Shown piece after piece: positions 50,118-60,635 of a stretch of 64,000 nt of DNA. The position numbers and the translations under genes are program-made. Location of the stretch: the NCBI GenBank assembly GCA_965237955.1, contig OZ250169.1:4416001-4480000 (forward strand). Direction: 5' to 3'. The notes beneath the pieces are model-generated. The model worked only from the letters and a program-made list of their open reading frames with translations. It did not search any database and had not been told where the DNA came from. Each line of letters opens with the position of its first letter. Positions within the stretch are counted from its first letter, which is position 1. This stretch comes from Candidatus Marinacidobacterales bacterium (GTDB lineage Bacteria > Acidobacteriota > Vicinamibacteria > Marinacidobacterales > SMYC01).

Positions 50118-50965
50118 ATGGACGTCCGTACTGACCACAACTCGGGGAAGAATTTCAGATTGAGCGCCTTTTGCAGATAGCTCACGCCCGACGATCCGCC
50201 GGTACCGCGCTTTCCGCCGATGATCCGCTCCACGGTCTTCATGTGCGCAAAGCGCCACTGCTGGAACTTGTGCTCGAGGTCGACGAACTTCTCGGCGAGC
50301 TCGTAGAGGTCCCAATGGGTGTCGACGTCCCGATAGACTTTCAGCCACGCCGCCTCGACCTCGGGATGGGGTTCGTAGGGGTCGGACCAGGCGCGCTCGA
50401 CGTGGGTCGACGGAATCTCGAAGCCGCGACGCGCGAGCATCCGTAGCGTCTCGTCGTACACGCTCGGTTTCTCGAGCGTCTCCTTCAACTGCTGGTAAAT
50501 CGCCGGGACCCCACGGTGTACTTCGATGAGCTCGCGGTTCTTGTTGCCCAACGTGAACTCGAGGGTGCGGTATTGATACGACTGAAAGCCCGAGCTTTGT
50601 TGAAGCTCGTCGCGGAACGAGGCGTAGTCGAGCGGGGTCATGGTCGAGAGCACGTCCCACGAAAGGATGAGCTGACCTTGAATACGAGCTACTCTCGACA
50701 ACATCTTGAAAGCTGGGCCGAGCTCGTCGGATTGAATCTGGCGGAGCACGCCGGTGAGCTCGTGCAGCGAGAGCTTCATCCACAGCTCGGTGACCTGATG
50801 GATGACGATGAAGAGCATCTCGTCGTGATGCTTCGAGACGGGTTTTTGCGCGTCGAGGATACGATCGAGCGCCAGGTAGCTCCCGTAGGTCATCCCCCCT
50901 TCGGGATCCCAATAGATACCCTCGCCCGAAAGATCCACGGCACCGGATTTCGTTTCGTCTTTCAA
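50114..50965 (-). CDS. kynA: Tryptophan 2,3-dioxygenase
   Basis: YGSYLAL, HDEMLFIVIHQVTELW, SSGFQSYQYR and GKRGTGGSSG. Confidence 0.95.
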   Translation of the reverse strand: MKDETKSGAVDLSGEGIYWDPEGGMTYGSYLALDRILDAQKPVSKHHDEMLFIVIHQVTELWMKLSLHELTGVLRQIQSDELGPAFKMLSRVARIQGQLILSWDVLSTMTPLDYASFRDELQQSSGFQSYQYRTLEFTLGNKNRELIEVHRGVPAIYQQLKETLEKPSVYDETLRMLARRGFEIPSTHVERAWSDPYEPHPEVEAAWLKVYRDVDTHWDLYELAEKFVDLEHKFQQWRFAHMKTVERIIGGKRGTGGSSGVSYLQKALNLKFFPELWSVRTSI

Positions 50966-50986
50966 AGAGACTCCTCGTTCACGTTT

Positions 50987-52354
50987 CTATACATTCTCGC
51001 GACTCAACCCGAATTTCTGCATGCGATAAATCAACGTGTTGCGGGTTAGCCCGAGAAACTTCGCCGCGCGTGTTTGGTTCCAGTCGTTCCTTTCGAGAGC
51101 CTCTTTGATGAGGCCTTCTTCGAGTTTTTGGAGATCGAGCCCTTCGGCCGGGATCTGGAGCAGCACCTCTCCGACCGTGGAAGCGTCGCTCGTAAAGTTC
51201 TCGGGCAGATCCCCGGGAGACACCGTCCCCGCGGGGTGCAACGCCGCGAGACGTTCCATCAAGTTCTCGAGCTCGCGAATGTTCCCCGGCCACGGATAGC
51301 GCTCCAGGATCCGGAATACGGACCGCTCGAGCTTGAGCTCCTTGCCGAATTTTCGCGCGTACTTGTCGAGAAAATGATCTGCGAGAAGCGGTACGTCCGC
51401 TCTTCGCTCTCGAAGCGGCGGAAGCTCGATGGGGATGACCGACAGGCGATAGTAGAGATCCTCGCGAAAGCCCCCACTTTTTACGAGCGATCCGAGATCA
51501 CGGTTGGTCGCGGCGAGGATGCGCGCGTCGACTTTGGTTGGTTTTCCCGCACCTAGCTTTTCGATTTCCTTCTCCTGGAGCAGACGCAGGAGTTTCACCT
51601 GAAGAGCCGGCTCCAGGTCGCCGACTTCGTCGAGAAAAAGCGTGCCCCCGCTCGCGGCCTCGACCTTCCCTCGTTGATCGAGAACCGCGCCGGTAAACGC
51701 ACCTCGCCGGTGGCCGAAGAGCTCGGACTCAAGGAGGGCGGCCGGGATGGCACCGCAGTTGACCGCAATGAACGGACCTTTCTTTCGTGGCCCGTTCACG
51801 TGGATCGCTTTCGCCAAAAGCTCCTTGCCCGTGCCGCTCTCGCCGAGCAACAGGATCGTCGAGTCGACCTGCGCTGCCTGGGCAGCGACTTCGAGCACGG
51901 ACTGCATTTTCGGCGCGCTACCGATCATGTTGCCGAAGTCGAGACGATCGGACACGACTTGGCGCAGGCGGTGGTTCTCACGCACGAGCTCCTTGAATTC
52001 GAGCGCGCGAGAGAGAACGAGCTTGAGCTCTTCACGGTTGATGGGTTTGGCGATGTAGTCGAAAGCACCTTCGCGCATCGCGTCCACCGCATCGTCCACC
52101 GCCGCATGCGCGGTCACGACAATGACTGGGACTTCGGGAGCGATGGCGCCGAGCTGGCGCAACAACTCGAGACCGCCGAGCTCCGGCATGAGCACGTCGG
52201 TGATGACCGCGGCGCAATCGTCCTCGTCGAACTTCTCTCGCGCTTCCCGTCCATTCACCGCAAGCGTGGTCTCGTAGCCGGCTTCCTTCAGCGTGTAGTC
52301 GACTACACGCCGAAAGCTCGGATCGTCGTCGACAATCAGAATGTGCTCTTTCAT
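50987..52354 (-). CDS. Sigma-54-dependent response regulator (NtrC/ZraR type)
   Basis: REC domain, GESGTGKE, ESELFGH, GAFTGA, WPGNIREL and Fis-type HTH. Confidence 0.95.
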   Translation of the reverse strand: MKEHILIVDDDPSFRRVVDYTLKEAGYETTLAVNGREAREKFDEDDCAAVITDVLMPELGGLELLRQLGAIAPEVPVIVVTAHAAVDDAVDAMREGAFDYIAKPINREELKLVLSRALEFKELVRENHRLRQVVSDRLDFGNMIGSAPKMQSVLEVAAQAAQVDSTILLLGESGTGKELLAKAIHVNGPRKKGPFIAVNCGAIPAALLESELFGHRRGAFTGAVLDQRGKVEAASGGTLFLDEVGDLEPALQVKLLRLLQEKEIEKLGAGKPTKVDARILAATNRDLGSLVKSGGFREDLYYRLSVIPIELPPLRERRADVPLLADHFLDKYARKFGKELKLERSVFRILERYPWPGNIRELENLMERLAALHPAGTVSPGDLPENFTSDASTVGEVLLQIPAEGLDLQKLEEGLIKEALERNDWNQTRAAKFLGLTRNTLIYRMQKFGLSRENV

Positions 52355-53373
52355 ACCGGGAGACTCACAATAAACGTAGTGCCGCGTGGGCTCGCATCTT
52401 CGATCTGGATCTCACCGTTGTGACCTTGAATGAGCTTGTGCGCGATGGCGAGGCCGAGCCCGGTGCCATCGTCCTTCGTCGTGAAGAACGGATCGAAAAC
52501 GTGGCGCCGCGCGTCTTGCGGCAAACCTCGCCCCTCGTCGGTGACGCGAACTTCGAGCTTGCGGTCTTGTCTCGCAACACCGATCTCGAGACGGCCACCA
52601 TCCGGCATAGCCTGGATGCCATTCAACACGATGTTGAGAAACGCCTGTTGGAGCTGCCCAGCGTCGGCGGAAATCTCTGGCAATCCGCTCTCCGCGTCTA
52701 CGTCGATCACGACGCCTGCGCGGCCAGCCTGCTGCGAGCACAGCGACTGGATGGAGCTGACGACGTCTTCCACGCTGCACAGCTGGCGATCGGGCGTCGG
52801 CGTTCGTGCGAACTGAAGGAACTGGTTGAGAACGCCGTTCAGCCGGTCGAGCTCCTTTTGGAAGATGTCTAGAAACTCGCGCTTTTCGTGTCCTATTGGA
52901 AAATCTTCGTTGAGAATATCGAGAGAGCCTTTCATCGAATCCAATGGGTTTTTGATCTCGTGCGCGAGTCCGGCAGAGAGCTCCCCAAATGCGGAAAGAC
53001 GTTCGGCGCGTCTCAATTGCTCGAAGCTCTCCCCCAACTCCCGGCGCCGGCGCTTCTCGAGCTCGGAGAGTGTGCCCACCACGAGCGCCACGACTTGGAA
53101 CATCAGGAGCTCGGCGTACTGGGCTTGCCGGTACATCGGACGATCCTGCCAATCGGTGACGATGTGGGGCAGGTAGCTCGCGGCCGACAAAAGTGCCACC
53201 ACGAGAGCGCCGCGTACCCCGAACCAGTAGGCGGCGGCGAGGATCGGCAGGTAGTAGAGCCGCTGATAGAGGTTATGGAGGAAGCCCGATTCGATGGCGG
53301 TGACGTAATGCGCCGCGGTAATGCTCACGATCGCAACCGCGAGAATCAGGAGCTGCGTTGTCTGCCGTCTCAC
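52351..53373 (-). CDS. Membrane sensor histidine kinase
   Basis: Four TM helices, AHEIKNPL, NGIQAM and FFTTKDDGTGLGL. Confidence 0.93.
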   Translation of the reverse strand: MRRQTTQLLILAVAIVSITAAHYVTAIESGFLHNLYQRLYYLPILAAAYWFGVRGALVVALLSAASYLPHIVTDWQDRPMYRQAQYAELLMFQVVALVVGTLSELEKRRRRELGESFEQLRRAERLSAFGELSAGLAHEIKNPLDSMKGSLDILNEDFPIGHEKREFLDIFQKELDRLNGVLNQFLQFARTPTPDRQLCSVEDVVSSIQSLCSQQAGRAGVVIDVDAESGLPEISADAGQLQQAFLNIVLNGIQAMPDGGRLEIGVARQDRKLEVRVTDEGRGLPQDARRHVFDPFFTTKDDGTGLGLAIAHKLIQGHNGEIQIEDASPRGTTFIVSLPV

Positions 53374-53443
53374 TGCCCCCCAGCATATCCAAGTGCTCGA
53401 AATGCATCAAGGTGCTTGAAATCCAACATTCATGAACGGGGCC

Positions 53444-54205
53444 TCAAGCGCCGCGCTTGACCTTCGCTTTGCTGAGGCGGTGGAGACGAGCCGAAAGGAG
53501 CGCGCTCGGGGTGTGCTCGGCCACGAGCTCGAGGAGCTGATGGTCGACAGGAGTGAAACCGTTTTTGTGCGGCAGCAACCGATAGACGGCGATCACGCCC
53601 ACGGATGTTTCTTCTGCCTTCAAGGGTATGACGGCGAGCGGGACACCCTTCGGTTGCGGCTCGTGTGAAGACTCGCAATAGAACGGCTTGCCGCTCGAAG
53701 CGACCCGGCCGAGAATGCCCTCCGTCAACGCCACGGTGTCGGAAACATCTTTGGCACCGCGCCCGGAGACTCGCTTGAGAACCTTCGTCTTCTGCTCCAG
53801 AAACAGAATCGCGAACTCCTCGGCGCCCACGAGCTCGACGAGAATCTCGGTCACGATGTTCATGATCTCGGTCGCATCGAGAGACGCGTGGAGGCGATGC
53901 TTGGCAACGTAGAGGTTCGAGATAGCTTCGTTTTGCTCTTGCAGCTCTGTGCACGCCTGTGACAGGGCTTGATTCTCTTCTTCGACCTGCCGCAAGCGAT
54001 TCTCGAGCTCGATAACCTGAGCCAAAACATCTCGGTCGATTGGAGGAGGCCCGTCCGGTGCCGCCGAGGAGCCCGCGCTTTGGGTCTCGAGACTTCGGAG
54101 TCTCGACTCGATGTCGCCGAGGCCCTCGACGTTTTTCTCCAATTGGACGATACGGCCCAAAAGGTGGCGTATGTGGTCGGCGACCGACTTCTTCCCCTGG
54201 CTCAT
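53444..54205 (-). CDS. Coiled-coil plus GAF domain protein
   Basis: Heptad region, then NLYVAKHRLHASLD, GILGRVA and AVIPLK. Confidence 0.78.
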   Translation of the reverse strand: MSQGKKSVADHIRHLLGRIVQLEKNVEGLGDIESRLRSLETQSAGSSAAPDGPPPIDRDVLAQVIELENRLRQVEEENQALSQACTELQEQNEAISNLYVAKHRLHASLDATEIMNIVTEILVELVGAEEFAILFLEQKTKVLKRVSGRGAKDVSDTVALTEGILGRVASSGKPFYCESSHEPQPKGVPLAVIPLKAEETSVGVIAVYRLLPHKNGFTPVDHQLLELVAEHTPSALLSARLHRLSKAKVKRGA

Positions 54206-54271
54206 GTCTGGTGGGCTGTTTGTATTATTGTGGGAACAATCTCCCACAACGTCAATTGGCGAAAATACAGC

Positions 54272-54925
54272 TCAGCGGGACGCGCCGGCTTTTCGCAGAA
54301 GCGACGCGATTTCGGTGTGGCCTCGCTCTTCGGCCGCTCGCAGCGCGGTCCAACCGTTCGCAGCGCGGGCTTCTACATCGGCGCCGGCAGCGAGAAGCGC
54401 CTGCACGATCTCGGTGCTCCCGTAGCGCGACGCCTCCAACAACGGGAAGTTCTCGGTCTTGGAGCTCAGGTTGGAATCGGCACCGGCAGCGAGCAGAATC
54501 TTGATGGTGTCGACACGCCCCTTCGCCGCCATGAGTAAGAGGCTCGTGCGACCTCGTGTGTCGCGCGCATCGACGGAGGCGCCGCGATCGATGAGAAGGC
54601 GAACCGTCCCGTCATGGTCAGCTTCAGCGGCAACCATGAGAGGCGTCGAGCCGTCGGTTCGCCGTCCATTGACTTTCGCGCCGGCGCCGAGAAGCTCACG
54701 GATGCGCGCGTCGTTGCCGGCCGCGGCAGCGTCCAAAAGCGTCAGCTCGAGATCGGTCGTGTCCGACGGCGCAAGGCTGACCTCACCACCGCCACCGAGG
54801 CCTACGTCGTCTGCGACCGATTCGACGGTGTCCTGCACTTCGTCCACCGCATCCTCCATCTGGTCCGGGAAGAACAGGAACAGTGCGAGGAGCACGACCG
54901 CCAGAACAATAATCACTTTCAGCAC
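54272..54925 (-). CDS. Membrane-anchored ankyrin-repeat protein
   Basis: N-terminal TM and repeats GSTPLMVAA, GRTSLL and GWTALRAA. Confidence 0.88.
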   Translation of the reverse strand: MLKVIIVLAVVLLALFLFFPDQMEDAVDEVQDTVESVADDVGLGGGGEVSLAPSDTTDLELTLLDAAAAGNDARIRELLGAGAKVNGRRTDGSTPLMVAAEADHDGTVRLLIDRGASVDARDTRGRTSLLLMAAKGRVDTIKILLAAGADSNLSSKTENFPLLEASRYGSTEIVQALLAAGADVEARAANGWTALRAAEERGHTEIASLLRKAGASR

Positions 54926-55019
54926 GGGGGATACCCCATTATGCCGCAGCCGAGCGGTGTCAGCGAGCCAACAAGTCGTGGCACTCACCGATGAATCGTC
55001 GATACGGTAGACGTTGAAT

Positions 55020-55211
55020 CTCGACGACCTCCTCGTCCCAGATGTGATCGTCGCGCTTTTCCATCGTGTTCCACGGACCGCGGTCCGAGGCATCGTAGCG
55101 AAGGTAAAGCCCGGCAGGTGTCCAAAGCGCTCGGAAGCTCGTACGATACGCCGCCGGACCCCAGGTGATGCGGTCCGCCTCGTGCCAGGTGTCGTCGTCA
55201 CCGCCAAGCAA
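55020..55211 (-). pseudogene. Relic of a CBM9/DOMON-like domain protein
   Basis: TSFRALWTPAGLYLRYDASD...RDDHIWDEEVVEI, truncated at both ends. Confidence 0.6.
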
Positions 55212-55269
55212 TGATGCGGCAGACGCGACAGTGGGACGAACGAAGTAAGAGGCCCTCAGCCATGGGTGG

Positions 55270-56213
55270 ACCGTGACACACCATGGCCCCCGAGAACAGG
55301 TTCAACGAATAGACGACGAGCTGAGCGATAAAGCCCGGCTCGTCGTTTTGGCTCAGCCAATGCATCACTCCGAGAAGTGTCACGAGATAGACGCCGGCCC
55401 AAAGCGGTCGCACGTACCAGCGGTCGTGCTCGAACGCGATGATGAACGACAACAGATAGAGACTGAGCGGCACTACCCACAGAAACGGCACCGCGGCGAC
55501 GTTTTGCGTAAGCTGGTTCGTCGTCGCCATGAGCAGCACCGCGCCGGTCGCGGAGAGACCGAGCCAGAGCGCGCGCACGGAAAGGTCTCCCGGCAACGAG
55601 TCAATGCGCGTCGGCTGCGCCCGCACGCGATACGCGTACCAAACGCACACCATCGTGGAGGCGGCGAACACCGAGTAACCATAGGTCCACATGCTCACCT
55701 GAAACGCGAGCGTCGTCCTGGGCTCCAACAGAAACGGATAACACCAGAGACCCAGGAGCGAGCCGAGGTTCGAAAGTGCGAACAGACGGTAGATGCTCGC
55801 GCGACGATCGGGTGCAATCGTAGGCGCGAGCCAACGCTGCAGCAACGGACTCGTCGCCGATAACGTCAGAAGAGGCAACCCGAGGTTCAAACTCAGAAGA
55901 CCCAATATTGTAAACGTCGGATCCGGGTTGCTCGCGGACGGGCCTCAGCAGGTCCCAACGGCAGAAAAAAGAGCGCACCTAAGACCAACGCACCGTGGAC
56001 GATCGCCTGCCGCCGGCCGTCGAGATACTTCCCCGCGAGGTGAGCGTAGCTATAGCCCAACAGAAGAGTCGCCTGGAAGAACAGGAGTGCAACCACCCAC
56101 ACCGCGGGGGTTCCGCCGAACCAGGGGAGTAGACGCCGCGCGGTGAGCGGCTGGACGACGAAAAGGAGGAACGCTCCCAAAAATATCGTCGTCGCGGTCG
56201 CGGGCAGGATCAT
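55270..56213 (-). pseudogene. Truncated membrane/spermidine-synthase-like fusion protein (N-terminal TM part only)
   Basis: FLGAFLLFVVQP, PWFGGTPAVW, FFQATLLLGYSYAH, SATSPLLQRW and YRLFALSNLGS; frameshift near 55940; ends at VCHG. Confidence 0.8.
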
Positions 56214-56235
56214 GGTCTTCTATAATGAAAGTGCT

Positions 56236-56799
56236 ATGAGCAAAAAACGCAACGAGAAGAACGCGGATTCGCCACAGATGCAACCGGAAACGACTCCCGG
56301 GGGCGGGGGCGGTGCACGCTGGATCGCCGTAGGTCTCCTGATGCTCGGAACTGGAGTGTTCCTGTACGCCCTCAACTCCGAAGGTCCGCCCACGCCGGCC
56401 GCGAGCCACGACCATGGCTCTCGGCCCGCGACTCCTCCCAAGGCCGCCGGTCAGACCGGCCAGCACCGCTACTTCGAAAACCCCGAAGACGCGCACCCGC
56501 TACCCGTCACGTTACCCCCGAGCGAGTTCCAAAACGCCGGGATCGCCAATACGTACGCTATCGCCAAAGAGATTCCCGAAGTTCTCGCACAGCAACCATG
56601 CCTGTGCGGCTGTGACAACACGTCGGACGATCACCGCAGCCTTCTGGATTGCTACATCGACGAGCACGCTTCCACCTGCATGGTGTGCCTGAAAGAGGCG
56701 GTCTACGCGAAACAGAAGACGGAAGCGGGAGAATCAGGCGCGTGGATCCGCGATGCGATCATCCGTGGCGAGTTCTCGAACGTGAACATTGGAAACTAA
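56236..56799 (+). CDS. PCYCGC-motif protein
   Basis: TM anchor, PCLCGC, HRSLLDCY and HASTCMVC. Confidence 0.82.
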   Translation: MSKKRNEKNADSPQMQPETTPGGGGGARWIAVGLLMLGTGVFLYALNSEGPPTPAASHDHGSRPATPPKAAGQTGQHRYFENPEDAHPLPVTLPPSEFQNAGIANTYAIAKEIPEVLAQQPCLCGCDNTSDDHRSLLDCYIDEHASTCMVCLKEAVYAKQKTEAGESGAWIRDAIIRGEFSNVNIGN

Positions 56800-56809
56800 C
56801 GACCGCTCG

Positions 56810-57157
56810 CTACAGATTTCCTGAGCAGCGATTCTCATCGAGAACCCTCATCAGCCAGTCGAGTTCCATGCCCATGTGGGTGAGGAGCGCACCGACCTTC
56901 CCGTAATCTTTGGAGCGCGCGGCGTCGCCTAATTGCTCGGCGAGGCCCACCATCCCTTCCGCCCCGATGCCGTGAGCCGCATCGCAGAGCTCTCGGGCGA
57001 GCTCCTCGAGCCGGGCTGAGCGTTTCTTGCTCGCGGCGTTCGCCATCGCCTTCATCATCGCGGGAATTTTCATCTGAAAGTCTTCGAGCAGGTCCTCGAG
57101 CCGATCGACATCGCCACCGAGTCGGTCGAGCGCGCCGGTTCGATCGAAAACTTCCAC
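56810..57157 (-). CDS. Hpt-like domain protein lacking the canonical His
   Basis: ALDRLGGD N-terminus and IGA motif; AHxLKG replaced by ARELCD. Confidence 0.72.
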   Translation of the reverse strand: MEVFDRTGALDRLGGDVDRLEDLLEDFQMKIPAMMKAMANAASKKRSARLEELARELCDAAHGIGAEGMVGLAEQLGDAARSKDYGKVGALLTHMGMELDWLMRVLDENRCSGNL

Positions 57158-57159
57158 GA

Positions 57160-57486
57160 TTACCAGAGAGGATTCGGGCGATAGAGAGGGCTCGCCCACG
57201 GGCTCGAGGCACCGTCCTCTTGTTCGTCGAGTCCTTGCGTTTCCTCGAGGTAGTCGAGAACGAACTCACGGATATCCGGCTCGAGCTGGTTGAGACCTTG
57301 CGTCTCTTCCATCCACGTGAGCGTCGTATCCCACGTCTTGCGGCTCATGTGCGATGCGACGATGATCTCCGCGGTGTGACAACTGGTGCACACCACCCAA
57401 ACCGTTTCTCGTCCCTCACCTGGTTCGAGTCCCGAGCTCTCCACTTGAGCGACCAACGCCATCAACACGAGCGCGAGCTGCGGCAT
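57160..57486 (-). CDS. Monoheme cytochrome c subunit (SorB-like)
   Basis: Signal peptide, CTSCH, W...WM and LDYL; coupled to the sulfite oxidase gene. Confidence 0.85.
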   Translation of the reverse strand: MPQLALVLMALVAQVESSGLEPGEGRETVWVVCTSCHTAEIIVASHMSRKTWDTTLTWMEETQGLNQLEPDIREFVLDYLEETQGLDEQEDGASSPWASPLYRPNPLW

Positions 57487-58679
57487 CAGGACACCTTCAC
57501 CGAGATGCGCTGCATGGCGTTGTTGAGATAACCACGAGGGTTCCAGCCGGGAATGATCATGGGCTGTTGGCGCCCGGCATGATCGGTGGCCCGCGCCCAC
57601 ACCTCGTAGTGCCCCGGTGTCGGAAAGCGGACGGACGCCGTCCAGTGTTGCCACGCGAACGGATTGCGCGCCGCTCGCATCGTGGCTTCGACCCACGTCG
57701 CACCGAAGTCCCAGCTAACGTGCATCGCGGCGACTGGCCCATCGCCACACCATGCGTGCCCGCGCAACGAGAGTGGTTGTGCGTGCCGGTGCGCGTGCCC
57801 GGTCGCAGGACGGGTGATGATCGACTTGACCGGCATCGCTTCGATGATTTTCATGTCGGCTTCGGGCACGTCGGCGCCAGGCTCGACCGGATATCGCGGG
57901 ATACGGTACGAGTAGCCCCCCATCTTGGGCCCATCGTGCACTTGGTCGCGGACCCAAAGACGCGTGAGCCACTTGCCGCACACCGACGCGGGAAAACCAG
58001 GAGCCACTAAACGCAACGGAAAACCGTGTTGCGCCGGGAGCGGCTCGCCGTTCATCTCCCACGCGAGGAGCGTCCAATCATTGAGCGCCTTCTCGATAGG
58101 AACGCCCCGCGAGATCGGAACCTCGTCGGTGTTGCCGCTCAAATGTGGATCTTCGCCGTAGTACGCGACGTACACCGAACTAGCTTCGAGACCAGCATCC
58201 TCGAGGACGTCCCTTAGGCGAACCCCAGTGTACTCCGCGCATCCGACCGCACCGAGCTTCCATTGATTACCCCGCGCGGGAGGGCTGAAGCCGGCGCGAC
58301 CGTTGCCGCCGCATTCCATGGCGAGCTGCGCGGTTTTGTTCGGGTAGCGCCTCAAGTCTTCGAGGTTGAGCTTCAAGGGTTTCCGCACGTTGCCGTCGAC
58401 CGTCAGTCTCCAACCGGTCAGGTCCTGATTCTTTGCTCGCTCGGGAACGAGCCCGTTGTTGCGAATGAAGTGGGCCGCGTTCGACGTCACGTCGTCGTCG
58501 AGGAGCGTAAGCGGTGTTTCCGCGTTGAGGGGACGATCGCTGAGAACGACGAGGCCCTCCTTGCCTTCGATGACGACGTGCTCCTTGGTTTGAGCGAACG
58601 GCGCCTTTTCGGCGAGGAGCCAGGCGGCGGACAAAGAGCCCACCGTCCGGAGAAAGCGACGTCGCGGATGATGCGCCAT
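57486..58679 (-). CDS. Tat-exported sulfite oxidase-family molybdoenzyme (SorA/SoxC-like)
   Basis: RRRFL Tat motif, NAETP, FIRNNG, ECGGNGR, HGFPLRL, KWL and WNPRGYLNN. Confidence 0.92.
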   Translation of the reverse strand: MAHHPRRRFLRTVGSLSAAWLLAEKAPFAQTKEHVVIEGKEGLVVLSDRPLNAETPLTLLDDDVTSNAAHFIRNNGLVPERAKNQDLTGWRLTVDGNVRKPLKLNLEDLRRYPNKTAQLAMECGGNGRAGFSPPARGNQWKLGAVGCAEYTGVRLRDVLEDAGLEASSVYVAYYGEDPHLSGNTDEVPISRGVPIEKALNDWTLLAWEMNGEPLPAQHGFPLRLVAPGFPASVCGKWLTRLWVRDQVHDGPKMGGYSYRIPRYPVEPGADVPEADMKIIEAMPVKSIITRPATGHAHRHAQPLSLRGHAWCGDGPVAAMHVSWDFGATWVEATMRAARNPFAWQHWTASVRFPTPGHYEVWARATDHAGRQQPMIIPGWNPRGYLNNAMQRISVKVS

Positions 58680-58692
58680 GAGAATCCTCAGA

Positions 58693-59319
58693 TTATATCA
58701 ACTCGAGCCACTCCGAAACGGCGACTCCGAGGGCGCCGGTTTTGTCGGTGAAGAAGTGATCGCTCCCGGGGACCACGACGAGTGTTTTGGGCTCGGGGAG
58801 AGTCGCCACGAATCGGGTCATGGCTTCACCGTCGCCGAACTCGTCGAGCTCCCCTTGAACGAAAAGACGCGGCTTCGTCGATGACGTCACGAGCTCGGTG
58901 CTCTTCATGACGTTCACCGGAAGGCCTAGCGCCACGAGTGCTCCGACGCGCGCATCGTCGACACCGACTCTGAGCGCCATGACCGAGCCGAACGAGTACC
59001 CGCCACAGACGATCGGAAGCCCGGTAAAATCACGCTCGAGCGTGTCGAGCGCTGCGCGCACGTCATCCTGCTCTCCGCGCCCGTCATCGTGCACGCCTTC
59101 GCTCCGCCCCACCCCGCGAAAGTTGAAGCGCAACACGGCGTAGCCCTTCTCCTGAAAAACCTTGGCGACGCGGAACAGAACCTTGTAGTGCATCATCCCA
59201 CCATGAAGCGGATGCGCATGACAGAGCACCGCCGCCGCCACCGGTGGAGTCGCTGGCGTCATCAGCACCGCCTCGAGGCGGCCAACCGGCCCATCGATAT
59301 CGAGCGCCTTGGTGAACAT
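58693..59319 (-). CDS. Alpha/beta hydrolase
   Basis: CHAHPLHGG, RFNFRGVGRSEG, GYSFG, GELDEF and DHFF. Confidence 0.9.
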   Translation of the reverse strand: MFTKALDIDGPVGRLEAVLMTPATPPVAAAVLCHAHPLHGGMMHYKVLFRVAKVFQEKGYAVLRFNFRGVGRSEGVHDDGRGEQDDVRAALDTLERDFTGLPIVCGGYSFGSVMALRVGVDDARVGALVALGLPVNVMKSTELVTSSTKPRLFVQGELDEFGDGEAMTRFVATLPEPKTLVVVPGSDHFFTDKTGALGVAVSEWLELI

Positions 59320-59702
59320 GCGAGCTACTCTATAAGATAGGCGCAATAGATAGGTCACCGGTGCCGCGATTCCTGTTGAGCCTGTTAAGCCTATCCGCTA
59401 CGTTTTCGGCGACATCATCGTTGCGTTCGACGCCGAGACCGTTACCCGCGTCATCGCCGAGCTCGAGAGCGTCTTCGAAAGGTTCTTGCTGATCTTCCGA
59501 GTCTTTCACTGGGCGTAGGCGCCAGCGACGCCCGCAAGGCCAATGACAATTGCCACTCCACGTTCGAACAAATATGGCTGGTGCTGTTCAATGCCGACGG
59601 GCTCGTCCCAGGAACGCTGTTCGATTCGATCTACTTCGACCACGAGAACGAGTTCGTCGTCCTCAACCCGAAGGACGGCGACTAGCGCGGTAGGATAGGG
59701 CC

Positions 59703-60635
59703 GTGAATCATCTGATCGCTGTCGTTGGAATCGTCGCCGTCGGCCTATCTCCCATCTGGGTTGCTCTCGCGGACGTGTCCCCAGCCACGGCGGCGTTTTT
59801 TCGATCGAGCTACGCGCTCCCGGCGTTGACGCTCATCTGGTTTTTCGCTGGTAGAGGAGATGAGCGCTCGGCGCGTGCTCGCATGCTCGCCGTTGCGAGT
59901 GGGTTTCTGCTCGCGGTCGATCTCACGGTCTGGCATCAGAGCATCGCCTATATCGGCGCCGGGCTTTCGACTATCCTCGCGAACACCCAAGTTGTCTTCG
60001 TCGCGCTGCTCGCGTGGGTTTTCCACCGCGAGCAACCCACGAAGGCGGCGTTCCAGATAATTCCGGTGATCCTGATCGGTGCCGCCTGTATCTCGGGTCT
60101 CGGACAAGATAGCGCTTACGGCGTGGCGCCCGTCGCCGGTACTCTGTTGGCCTTGACGAGCGGCCTTTTGTACGCCATGTTCCTCCTCATGTTCCGAGCC
60201 TCGAATCGCGAGCTCGCTCGGCCCGCGGGCCCGTTGCTCGACGCAACGATTGGCGCTTCGGTGGCAACACTTGCCGTTGGTCAACTCGATCCCGGTTTCA
60301 GCCTCGAGCTCTCGTGGCCGAGCCACGGGTACTTGCTCGGGCTCGCGCTCGGCTCTCAAGTAGCCGGATGGCTCATGATCGCGTACGCGCTTCCTCGTCT
60401 CGCCGCGCTCGAGACATCGTTATTAATGTTGGTGCAACCAATGGTGTCGTTGATCGTCGCCGCGCTTCTCCTCAGCGAGCGCATCTCTTGGCTCCAGGGT
60501 CTCGGCATCGTTCTCTCTGTCGGAGGCGTCGCTTGGATTTCGGTGAAAGGCGCTACGAAGCCGGCAAAAGGAGAACAGGAATGGAGTTCAGACAACACTA
60601 TCTCGAAAACGCGCGCTTCGAGTTCCAGCGTATGA
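59703..60635 (+). CDS. EamA/DMT-family transporter
   Basis: About 10 TM helices in a duplicated EamA pattern. Confidence 0.88.
   Translation: MNHLIAVVGIVAVGLSPIWVALADVSPATAAFFRSSYALPALTLIWFFAGRGDERSARARMLAVASGFLLAVDLTVWHQSIAYIGAGLSTILANTQVVFVALLAWVFHREQPTKAAFQIIPVILIGAACISGLGQDSAYGVAPVAGTLLALTSGLLYAMFLLMFRASNRELARPAGPLLDATIGASVATLAVGQLDPGFSLELSWPSHGYLLGLALGSQVAGWLMIAYALPRLAALETSLLMLVQPMVSLIVAALLLSERISWLQGLGIVLSVGGVAWISVKGATKPAKGEQEWSSDNTISKTRASSSSV

Noticed and set aside
60581-60635. 55-nt overlap of the EamA and DinB genes
   Set aside because: Probably a shifted stop codon with a non-functional tail; no further evidence.
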